Virus record (IMG/VR): IMGVR_UViG_3300034159_000040 | Reading direction: 5' to 3' (one strand) | DNA from: an uncultured virus (IMG/VR IMGVR_UViG_3300034159_000040) | Taxonomy: Duplodnaviria > Heunggongvirae > Uroviricota > Caudoviricetes | DNA length: 20,000 nucleotides | Part shown: in pieces, positions 7,490 to 15,115 of the stretch | How positions within the stretch are numbered: the stretch's first letter is position 1 | How the letters are laid out: each line of letters begins with the position of its first letter | Program-made: the position numbers and the translations under genes | The notes under the pieces: generated by a model | The model's input: the letters and a program-made list of their open reading frames with translations, nothing else | The model's database searches: none | Told to the model about the DNA's origin: nothing

Positions 7490-7929
7490 GTATCACCGCC
7501 GCCCAAGCCCTCGCCCGCTACGGCGATCCAACACGGGAGAAAGCGATGGTGTTGTACGATGTTCCAACCGCCCTGGAAATCGGCGCGGTCCCCAGGCGGG
7601 TCTATTGCAATCGGGACCTGGTGGGGCCGCTCAGCCGCGCCTTGGGGTTGATTGTAGAGCGCGACCTGACTGGGTTGCTGCGCACCTGGGACGGCTGTTT
7701 CCAGGTGCGAAGGAAGCGCGGCCGGGCAACGATGTCGCTGCACTCGTGGGGCCTGGCGGTGGACATAAACGCGGCCTGGAACCCGCTGGGGGCGGCATCT
7801 AAGCAGGACCCGCGGCTGACCGCCTGTTTCGTGGAGGCTGGTTTCGCGTGGGGTGGGGCCTGGAGGGGGAGATTGGATTGTATGCACTATGAACTTGCCG
7901 CCCTGCCGCGCCTGCCGGGGGTGAAATAG
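7486..7929 (+). CDS. Endolysin, peptidase M15 family (L-Ala-D-Glu peptidase-like)
   Basis: R...SLHSWGLAVDIN (SxHxxGxAxD), FAWGGAW, DCMHYEL zinc motifs. Confidence 0.92.
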   Translation: MSITAAQALARYGDPTREKAMVLYDVPTALEIGAVPRRVYCNRDLVGPLSRALGLIVERDLTGLLRTWDGCFQVRRKRGRATMSLHSWGLAVDINAAWNPLGAASKQDPRLTACFVEAGFAWGGAWRGRLDCMHYELAALPRLPGVK

Positions 7930-8522
7930 TGCGACCGACAGCCATAGCACGCAAGCGCCGCCTGCCCGAGTGGCCGGGCGACGAGCGCCGGCCCGATCCC
8001 GTGGAGCAGGTCGTGCGCGGGTTTGCCATCGCCGCCCGCGGCTGGGACCAGTTACGCGAGGGTTCGGCCGGGACTTCCGGCGCGCACGGCGCCTCCTGGG
8101 AGCGCGCGGTGTTCGCCTGCCGGGGGATGCGGCCCGAGGCCCTGGCGTGCTTGTTGTGGTCCAACGGCGTGGATGACGACACCATCCACGCCGAGGTGTT
8201 GCGGGCACTGGTCGGTAAGGCCGAGGACCTGGAGGTCCGGCTGAAGTCCATGAAGCACGGGCGGTGGTGGCCCCAGGGCATGGTCTCGGCGCTGGCGGGG
8301 TTGGCGGTGTGGGAGCTGCGCCCGGCGGTGCAGATGCGCAACCCGCGGGTCAGCGACGAGGAGCGTCGCGGGATGATCGCGCGTGACTGGCCGGGCCTTC
8401 CGGCGCGTCACGATGGCTCGTGGCGGGGGGAGTGGAAGGCGCGCTACCTCGACATCCTAGCCGCCGGGCGGCGGCTGGAGGGGGAGGCTGGAGGGTGGAT
8501 TAGGGCTCACTGGAGGGGCTAA
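7929..8522 (+). CDS. Putative late antiterminator, Q-like, without zinc finger
   Basis: ALAGLAVWEL...VSDEERRGMI...SWRGEWKARYLDIL...LEGEA resembles the C-terminal HTH region of lambdoid Q proteins; a promoter-terminator pair lies downstream. Confidence 0.55.
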   Translation: MRPTAIARKRRLPEWPGDERRPDPVEQVVRGFAIAARGWDQLREGSAGTSGAHGASWERAVFACRGMRPEALACLLWSNGVDDDTIHAEVLRALVGKAEDLEVRLKSMKHGRWWPQGMVSALAGLAVWELRPAVQMRNPRVSDEERRGMIARDWPGLPARHDGSWRGEWKARYLDILAAGRRLEGEAGGWIRAHWRG

Positions 8523-8528
8523 AACCGC

Positions 8529-8599
8529 CGTTCGTCGGGGCGAACGCGAAACCGCTTGCAGGTGTCGGGGCGAACGGTTAGTGTGGCTGACATCGGGGC
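8529..8599 (+). promoter_or_regulatory. Sigma70-like promoter with repeated operator-like sites
   Basis: TTGCAG (8556-8561), 17 bp, TAGTGT (8579-8584). GTCGGGGCGAACG at 8534-8546 and 8564-8576, partial TCGGGGC at 8593-8599. First copy lies in the dyad CGTTCG-N6-CGAACG. Confidence 0.62.
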
Positions 8600-8632
8600 A
8601 GCAAACCGCCGTCCCACCAGCGGGAAAATGAA

Positions 8633-8953
8633 ATGAGCACATACACAATCGACGCGAACGGTAACGACATGGGCGAATACGACGCTGGCACGGCGGCCGA
8701 GGCGCTGGACGCTTACGCCCAGGACGCCGGATATACGGACTATGCTGACGTAGTGAAGCAGTTCGGTGACGACGCGACGGCGACCAAAATTGATTCCGAC
8801 GCCCTGGTCCGCGCCGTGTCGATCGCAAAAGGGATTGAGGTATTCCAGGACTCTTACGGCAACGGGGTCGCCCTGGTCGAAGGGGTGAGCTATCCGACGT
8901 ACTACGCGCTCGCTGAATCGATCGGAAAAAGCCTGTCTGATTTTTCGGCTTAG
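8633..8953 (+). CDS. Small acidic Tyr-rich hypothetical protein (106 aa)
   Basis: First ORF behind the 8556 promoter; 18 D/E versus 5 K/R and 9 Tyr by manual count. Confidence 0.82.
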   Translation: MSTYTIDANGNDMGEYDAGTAAEALDAYAQDAGYTDYADVVKQFGDDATATKIDSDALVRAVSIAKGIEVFQDSYGNGVALVEGVSYPTYYALAESIGKSLSDFSA

Positions 8954-9003
8954 CGATAAACCAGCCCCACGGACGGGGCACCAACTGCCTCTTGGAGTAG
9001 ACC

Positions 9004-9453
9004 ATGCAAACCAAACACATCGCCGCCGCCAATAATTGGGACCAACAGGCCCGCGTCATTGTGCATTACCCGCACCATCCGGCCAGCAAAACCAGCTACG
9101 TCCGCGATCTGGAGACCGACACCGATACCCTGACGGGTCCCGCCCGCTGGCTCGCTGAGCACGTCCCGCCCGAGTTGTGGTCCGCCCGCTCAGCGACTGA
9201 TCCGGCCCGGCGCGTGCTGTGCTACGACGGGCGCACCCAGACCGAGGCGCGCACTGCTGAGCGCGGGGCGGAGTGGGCCGCATCAGCTCACCGCGCTTAT
9301 AGCGACGGCGCCGAGCCGGTCAGCACTGAATGGCTGTTCCCGCGCGCCGCCATCGCAGAGACCGGCCCGGCATACTGGAGGCGCGCCGCCGACGAAATGC
9401 GCGCCCGCGGTGCCGTGCGGGTCCGCGTGGGCGCCGCCGAGCTGACGTTGTGA
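9004..9453 (+). CDS. Hypothetical protein (149 aa)
   Basis: GGAG RBS, preceded by hairpin GCCCC-acggac-GGGGC; GTGA overlap with the next gene. Confidence 0.75.
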   Translation: MQTKHIAAANNWDQQARVIVHYPHHPASKTSYVRDLETDTDTLTGPARWLAEHVPPELWSARSATDPARRVLCYDGRTQTEARTAERGAEWAASAHRAYSDGAEPVSTEWLFPRAAIAETGPAYWRRAADEMRARGAVRVRVGAAELTL

Positions 9454-9677
9454 CCATTAAAGACCCAACAGCCCCCGCCCGCCGCGCCCGACACGTCGAG
9501 GCGCAGACCGCCGCCGGCCTGGTACGGGTCCGGGTCTGGGTTCCGGCCGCCAAAGCGCAGTCCGTGCGGGATCACGCCGCCGCCCTGTGCGCCGCGCGGG
9601 ACCCCGCCCCTGCCGAGCGGCTGCGCGCCGGCGGGTCGGACTCGCCCGCAACCACCGGGAAACGCGATAGCTCTTGA
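9450..9677 (+). CDS. Small basic DNA-binding protein, DUF3018/MazE-like (ribbon-helix-helix type)
   Basis: ARRARHVEAQTAAGLVRVRVWVP...VRDHAAAL matches the R..RHR....AAGL..V.VWVP pattern; GTG start at 9450. Confidence 0.62.
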   Translation: MTIKDPTAPARRARHVEAQTAAGLVRVRVWVPAAKAQSVRDHAAALCAARDPAPAERLRAGGSDSPATTGKRDSS

Positions 9678-9703
9678 CTTTCCGCGAAAAAACGGCTAGT
9701 TAT
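9674..9703 (+). promoter_or_regulatory. Putative late promoter (pR'-like)
   Basis: TTGACT (9674-9679), 17 bp, TAGTTA (9697-9702); followed by a short leader, a terminator and the terminase genes. Confidence 0.58.
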
Positions 9704-9740
9704 TCCAAAGATCGCGGGTGTCGCGCCCGCACCACATATG

Positions 9741-9776
9741 GCCCTGCCCCGGTTCTCCGGGGTGGGGCTTTTCTTT
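9741..9776 (+). terminator. Intrinsic terminator (tR'-like) in the late leader
   Basis: 12-bp stem GCCCTGCCCCGG/CCGGGGTGGGGC with two G-U pairs, loop TTCT, then TTTTCTTT. Confidence 0.85.
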
Positions 9777-9789
9777 GGGGTTCTGATGT

Positions 9790-10329
9790 GTGGCTGGGAA
9801 GAAAGGGGCTGACAAACTTGGAGATAGGCAGTCCAAATTCGTCGACGAGTACCTGATCGACCTGAACGCCACTCAGGCGTATATCCGCGCCGGATATTCA
9901 GCAAGAGGGGCTGAAGTCAGCGCGCATCGCCTGCTAAGAATTCCTAAGGTTCAAGTAGTTCTAGAAAAACGGATGAAGGAACGGTCCGTTAGAACAGGAA
10001 TTACGGTAGATCGCGTGCTTCAAGAGTACGGCCGGATCGCTTTCGCCGACTCCCGCAAATTCTTTTCCACCTCCGGGTCCTTGGTCCCAATCCACCAACT
10101 CGGCGACGACGAGGCCGCGGTCATTGCCGGAATGGATGTGTCGCGCCCGCTCGGCAGCGATGATGCCGCCCCGGCCGAAGTGCTCAAGATCAAACTGGTC
10201 AACAAGCTCGGTGCGCTCGATAGCGTCGCTCGGCACTTGGGAATGTTCCTGGGTAAGGACTCGCTGGACCTGACCCTTGGTGCGGCCCTCGCGGAGCGAC
10301 TGAACCGTGCCCGCAACCGCACTAAGTAA
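9790..10329 (+). CDS. terS: Terminase small subunit (Terminase_2 family)
   Basis: RQSKFVDEYLIDLNATQAYIRAGYS..GAEVSAHRLL...ITVDRVLQEYGRIAFAD...KIKLVNKLGALDSVARHLGMF. Confidence 0.96.
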   Translation: MAGKKGADKLGDRQSKFVDEYLIDLNATQAYIRAGYSARGAEVSAHRLLRIPKVQVVLEKRMKERSVRTGITVDRVLQEYGRIAFADSRKFFSTSGSLVPIHQLGDDEAAVIAGMDVSRPLGSDDAAPAEVLKIKLVNKLGALDSVARHLGMFLGKDSLDLTLGAALAERLNRARNRTK

Positions 10330-11758
10330 CCCACTGGAGCCGCTGTTCGCGTTGGCCGAGGAGTGCGCCACAGACCCCCTGCGTTGGGTGCTGTCGGCCT
10401 ACGATTGGGGCTTCGGGGAGTTGCTCGATTACGCCGGGCCGCGGGCCTGGCAGCGCGATGTGCTGGCCGATATCCGCGACCATCTGTGTGATCCGGTCCG
10501 CCGCCGCCAGCCGCTGAACCTCGCGGTCGCCAGCGGTCACGACATTGGCAAGAGCGCGGTTATTGGCATGATCGTCAACTGGGCGCTATCGACCGGAGAC
10601 GACTGCCGCATCATCGTCACGGCCAACACCGAGACGCAGCTACGCACCAAGACCAGCCCGGAGATCCGCAAGTGGTCGCGGTTGTCGCTGACCGACGCCT
10701 GGTTCGACACCCAGGCGCAATCGGTTACGTTGCGCGATCCGGCGCACGCCAAGACCTGGCGCGCCGACCTGATTCCATGGTCTGAGCACAACACGGAAGC
10801 TTTCGCCGGTCTGCACAACAAGGGCCGTCGCATCGTGCTGATCTTCGACGAGGCGAGCGCCATCGCCGATAAGGTCTGGGAGGTCGCCGAGGGCGTGTTG
10901 CTCGACGAGGACACGGAAATCCTATGGCTCGCGTTCGGCAACCCGACGCGCAATTCTGGCCGGTTCCGCGAGTGTTTCCGCAAGTTCAAGCACCGCTGGA
11001 TCACGCGCCAGATCGATTCGCGCGAGGTCGACGGGACCAACAAGGATCAGATCGCCAAGTGGGCCGCGGACTACGGCGAGGATAGCGACTTCTTCAAGGT
11101 CCGCGTCCGCGGGTTGTTCCCGAGTCTGTCGAGCCGGCAATTTATCTCCGAGGTCGACGTGGACGGCGCCTACGGGCGCGAGATCGCCCCCGAGCAGTTT
11201 GCCTTTGCGCCAAAGATTCTCACCGTCGATCCGGCCTGGGAAGGCGATGATGAGTTTGTGATCGGCCTGCGCCAAGGGTTGAATTTCCGAATACTCGACC
11301 ACTTCCCGAAAAACGACAACGACTTGATCGCCGCCGCCCGGATCGCCCGCTGGCAGGACCAGGAAGGGGCCGACGCGGTGTTTGTCGATGCCGGTTACGG
11401 CACTGGCATTGTCTCTGCCGGTTCCGGCCTGGGACGTTCCTGGACCCTGGTCTGGTTCGCGGGTGAATCATCCGACCCAGGATGCCTGAACAAGCGCGCC
11501 GAGATGTGGAGATCGGCCCGCGACTGGCTGAAATCTGGTGGGTGCCTACCGCTCGATCCCTCGCTGCGCGACGAACTGCAAGCGCCTGAAACCGTCCCGC
11601 GCATGGACGGGAAAATTCAAATCGAGGCCAAGAAAGACATGAAGAAACGCGGGATAGGAAGCGGCAATCGCGCCGACGCCCTGTGTCTTTCGTTTGCGTT
11701 CCCCGTGAGCATTGGCAACACCTACGCCGAGCCCCCCTCCCCAGACTGGCGCCTCTAA
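10307..11758 (+). CDS. terL: Terminase large subunit
   Basis: Walker A ASGHDIGKS, Walker B LIFDEAS, coupling motif FGNPT, nuclease motifs LTVDPAWEGDD, VFVDAGYG, NRADAL. Confidence 0.96.
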   Translation: MPATALSNPLEPLFALAEECATDPLRWVLSAYDWGFGELLDYAGPRAWQRDVLADIRDHLCDPVRRRQPLNLAVASGHDIGKSAVIGMIVNWALSTGDDCRIIVTANTETQLRTKTSPEIRKWSRLSLTDAWFDTQAQSVTLRDPAHAKTWRADLIPWSEHNTEAFAGLHNKGRRIVLIFDEASAIADKVWEVAEGVLLDEDTEILWLAFGNPTRNSGRFRECFRKFKHRWITRQIDSREVDGTNKDQIAKWAADYGEDSDFFKVRVRGLFPSLSSRQFISEVDVDGAYGREIAPEQFAFAPKILTVDPAWEGDDEFVIGLRQGLNFRILDHFPKNDNDLIAAARIARWQDQEGADAVFVDAGYGTGIVSAGSGLGRSWTLVWFAGESSDPGCLNKRAEMWRSARDWLKSGGCLPLDPSLRDELQAPETVPRMDGKIQIEAKKDMKKRGIGSGNRADALCLSFAFPVSIGNTYAEPPSPDWRL

Positions 11759-11761
11759 CCC

Positions 11762-14017
11762 GTGCCCTACGACCTGGCCCCCCTCCCTACCACCGACGAC
11801 CTCGCCCCCCCCGCCGACTCGCTTGCCCTCACGCTGACCGAACTGGCCGACATTTACGCCGAGATCGATGAGCAGCCGCCGTGGCGGACCATCGCCGACA
11901 AGGAGATGGACTACTCGGACGGCAACCAGCTCGACTCCGAACTGCTGAACAAGCAGCGCCAGTTGGGCATCCCCCCTGCCGTCGAGGACATGATCGGCCC
12001 CGCCCTGCGCGCGTTGAGCGGCTACGAGGTCGCGACCCGCACGGACTGGCGGGTGACGGCCGACGGACAGCCCGACGGCCAGGACACCGCCGATGCGCTG
12101 AACTACCGCCTGAACCAAGCCGAGCGCCACAGCGGCGCCGACCGCGCCTGTTCCGCCGCCTTCAAGCCCCAAGCCGCCTGCGGGGTCGGGTTCGTTGAGG
12201 TCTCGCGCGAGCAGGACCCCTTCGCCTTCCCCTACCGCTGTGCCGCGGTGCATCGCAACGAGATCCATTGGGATATGCCCGGCGCGCTCCAGGGCTGGGA
12301 CAAATGCCGCTGGCTGCGCCGTGCCCGCTGGCTGCGGCCCGAACGGGTTGCCCTGTTGTTCCCGGACCACGCGGACCTGCTCCAGCGTGTCGGGCGCTAC
12401 GGGCCGTCTTGGTGGGGCGACTCCAGTACGTTCGCAGAAGGTGGCATGAGCACGGGCCTGCAAAATGCTTGGGGTGCTGGCCGCGCGTGGACCCAAACCG
12501 AATCCATGTGGTACAACCAGACGCGCCGAGAGGTTTGCGTCTCTGAGGTCTGGTACCGGCGCTGGGTCAATGCCCCGGTGCTCAAGACCCGCGACGGGCG
12601 CTCCGTCGAGTTCGACGGTGACAACGAGGCCCACGCGATTGCTGTGGTCTCGGGCCAGGCGACGCTCATCAACGCCATCGTCACGCGGGTGCGCCGCGGG
12701 TACTGGATTGGCCCCTACCCCATGCACGACGGCCCCAGTCCCTACACCCATCGGCATTTCGGCTATGCCCCACTCTGGGGATTCCGCGAGGATCTGACCG
12801 GCACCCCTTACGGGTACGTGCGTGGCTGGAAGTACCCGCAGGACAGCCTGAACAGCGGGGTCTCAAAGCTCCGCTGGGGCATGGCCGTGGCGCGCGTCGA
12901 GCGTACCAAAGGCGCTGTGGCGATGAGCGATGAGGTGTTCCGCCGCCAGGTCGCGCGCGCCGATGCTGACATCGTGCTGGATGCCCAGCACATGGCCCAG
13001 CCGGGCGCCCGCTTCGAGGTCCGCCGCGACTACCAACTCACCGACCAGCACTACCAGATGCTCGCGGACAACCGGGCCACGATCCAGCGGACCAGCGGCG
13101 TCACCCCGGCGTTCCAGGGTCAGGGCCAACGGGGCAGCGCCACCTCCGGGGTGCAGGAGAGCATACAGGTCGATCAGAGCAACCAGAGCCTCGCCGACCT
13201 GATGGACCACTTCAAGGAAGGCCGCGCCCTGGTCGGCGACATGCTGCTGTCGCTGATCGTTGAGGATATCGGCGACCAGGAAGCCGAGGTCATTGTCCAG
13301 GGCGACGCGATCACGGCGGATCGCAAGATCGTCCTCAACAAGACCGAACTGGACGAGGATGGCATCCCCTACCTATCCAACGACTTGAGCCGGATCATGC
13401 TGAAGGTGGGCCTGGAGGACGTGCCGAGCACCAATTCCTACCGGGCGCAGCAACTGGCGGCGATGGCCGAGGCTGTGAAGTCTCTGCCACCTCAGTACCA
13501 GGCCGCGTCAATGCCTTTCCTCGCGAGTTTGATGGATGTCCCCTTTAAGCGCGACCTGATCGAGGCGCTGCGCAAGGCCGCCGAGACCCCCGACCCCAAG
13601 GCCGAGCAGATGAAGGCGGCCAACGAACTGAAGGCGCGCGAACTGGACCTGAAGGGGACGCTCAACGAGGCCGAGATCAAGCGCATCCAGGCCCAGGCCG
13701 TGCAGATCGGCGTACAGGCGGCCTTCTCAGCGATGCAGGCCGGGCAGCAGATCGTCATGAGCCCCCAGGTCGCGCCCATCGCCGATGTGGTGATGCAGAG
13801 TGCGGGCTACCAGGAACCCCAGCCCGCCGGCGTCGACCCCAACTACCCAACCCCGTCCGCTGGTGCACTACCGGCCCCGCCTGCGGGCGCCGTGGCGTCC
13901 CCGGTCCCGGTCAACGAGAACACCTCGCCGACGTTCCCCCCGATCCCGAGTAGCGGGCCATCGCCGATGGCCGGCATCGAGACGGCGAGCCCGGCGGATA
14001 ACCTCCCCCACCCATGA
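11762..14017 (+). CDS. Portal protein (P22-like podoviral type)
   Basis: 751 aa directly after TerL; WR..ADKEMDYSDGNQL, MIGPAL..LSGYE..TRTDW.V, GTPYGYVR...PQDSLN, ATSGV; C-terminal coiled coil. Confidence 0.92.
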   Translation: MPYDLAPLPTTDDLAPPADSLALTLTELADIYAEIDEQPPWRTIADKEMDYSDGNQLDSELLNKQRQLGIPPAVEDMIGPALRALSGYEVATRTDWRVTADGQPDGQDTADALNYRLNQAERHSGADRACSAAFKPQAACGVGFVEVSREQDPFAFPYRCAAVHRNEIHWDMPGALQGWDKCRWLRRARWLRPERVALLFPDHADLLQRVGRYGPSWWGDSSTFAEGGMSTGLQNAWGAGRAWTQTESMWYNQTRREVCVSEVWYRRWVNAPVLKTRDGRSVEFDGDNEAHAIAVVSGQATLINAIVTRVRRGYWIGPYPMHDGPSPYTHRHFGYAPLWGFREDLTGTPYGYVRGWKYPQDSLNSGVSKLRWGMAVARVERTKGAVAMSDEVFRRQVARADADIVLDAQHMAQPGARFEVRRDYQLTDQHYQMLADNRATIQRTSGVTPAFQGQGQRGSATSGVQESIQVDQSNQSLADLMDHFKEGRALVGDMLLSLIVEDIGDQEAEVIVQGDAITADRKIVLNKTELDEDGIPYLSNDLSRIMLKVGLEDVPSTNSYRAQQLAAMAEAVKSLPPQYQAASMPFLASLMDVPFKRDLIEALRKAAETPDPKAEQMKAANELKARELDLKGTLNEAEIKRIQAQAVQIGVQAAFSAMQAGQQIVMSPQVAPIADVVMQSAGYQEPQPAGVDPNYPTPSAGALPAPPAGAVASPVPVNENTSPTFPPIPSSGPSPMAGIETASPADNLPHP

Positions 14018-14024
14018 GGCACAC

Positions 14025-14879
14025 ATGAGCGAGCCTAGCACCGCCCTTACCACCATCGACCAAATCGAAGGCACCCCGACCCCGCAGCAGGGCGCCGACA
14101 TTCTACGGGAGGCCCTCGACGGCGCCCAGGTCCTGCCGGCCGAGACTGCCGCCGAGACAGCCGCCGAGGTCGCCGATCCCGAGCAACCGCCCGAGCCGGT
14201 CAAGGAAGAACCCGCCGCTGCGTCCGAGCCGGCCGCACCAGTCCCCTACGTCCCACCCCAGCGTCCCGACGCGGCCGAGCGGTACGCGGCGATCGCCGAT
14301 GAACTGAAGGCCCTGGGTGCGCAGTACGACAGCGGCGAGATCGCCACCGACGAGTACCACGCTCAGACGCTGGCCCTGCACGACGAGCGCACCGGTCTGG
14401 TGGTCGCCAACGCCCTGGCCGTCGAGCACGCCCGCGCGGCCGAGCACCAGACCGCCGCCGCTTGGTCCGCGGCCCAGGCGCAGTTCTGGACGACCCCCGG
14501 CAACGACAAGTTCGCCTCCGACCCGATCCTGTTCGGCGCCATGAACGCGGCGATTCAGACCGTCGGCGTCGACCCCGCCATCCGCGCCCAGGGTTTCGCG
14601 GCCGTGCTCGATGCCGCCAAGGCGCGCGTTGAGCAAGCCTTCGGCGCCCCCGGCGCGCCCCCGGCCCGGACGCCCGTCGACGTGAAGGCCGCCGCCCGCG
14701 CCCAGGCCGCCGCCGCGCGTCACCCGGTCCCGAGCAGCCTGACCGATTTCCCCGGTGGCGCACCGCCCCCGGCCGATGAGTTTGCGGGCGTGGCGGACAA
14801 GGCCCCCGCCGACCTGCTGGCGACCGTGCTGTCGTACAGCCCGGAAAAACTCGCGCAATTCGTAGAGCGCCGCGTCTGA
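14025..14879 (+). CDS. Putative capsid scaffolding protein (284 aa)
   Basis: GAGG RBS then ATG 14025; acidic Ala/Pro/Glu-rich N-terminus, helical middle, PSSLTDFPGG motif; lies between portal and capsid. Confidence 0.75.
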   Translation: MSEPSTALTTIDQIEGTPTPQQGADILREALDGAQVLPAETAAETAAEVADPEQPPEPVKEEPAAASEPAAPVPYVPPQRPDAAERYAAIADELKALGAQYDSGEIATDEYHAQTLALHDERTGLVVANALAVEHARAAEHQTAAAWSAAQAQFWTTPGNDKFASDPILFGAMNAAIQTVGVDPAIRAQGFAAVLDAAKARVEQAFGAPGAPPARTPVDVKAAARAQAAAARHPVPSSLTDFPGGAPPPADEFAGVADKAPADLLATVLSYSPEKLAQFVERRV

Positions 14880-14884
14880 TTGCG

Positions 14885-15058
14885 ATGATGTACTTCGACG
14901 TGGCCGCCGGCGAAACCCTGCACGTCGGCACCGCGACCGTGACGCTGATCGAGAAAAGCGGCCGGCGCGCGCGGGTTGGCGTGGTTGCCGACCCGTCGCT
15001 TAAGGTCCTTTTGGTACGACCCGAGAAGCCCAAAAGCAAGCCGCCACCACGGCAATAG
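14885..15058 (+). CDS. Small CsrA/RsmA-fold-like protein (57 aa; not in ORF track)
   Basis: MMYFDVAAGETLHVGTATVTLIEKSGRRARVGVVADPSLKVLLVRPEKPKSKPPPRQ* aligns by eye with CsrA GETLMIG..VTVTV....GNQVRIGVNAP. Confidence 0.68.
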   Translation: MMYFDVAAGETLHVGTATVTLIEKSGRRARVGVVADPSLKVLLVRPEKPKSKPPPRQ

Positions 15059-15079
15059 CTCGTTGTTCCTGTTCATTCC

Positions 15080-15114
15080 GGCGCATGAGTGCCATTCGAT
15101 ACCCAGGAGGTATC
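15080..15114 (+). promoter_or_regulatory. Two RNA hairpins in the capsid leader; the second covers the Shine-Dalgarno and has GGA in its loop
   Basis: GGCGC-atga-GTGCC (15080-15093) and GATACC-cagga-GGTATC (15098-15114), ending just before ATG 15116. Confidence 0.55.
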
Positions 15115-15115
15115 T

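Noticed and set aside
11546..12757. Long minus-strand ORFs (also 7201-8208, 14200-15039, 15407-16348, 16411-17604)
   Set aside because: Antisense shadows of GC-rich plus-strand genes with no recognisable motifs.
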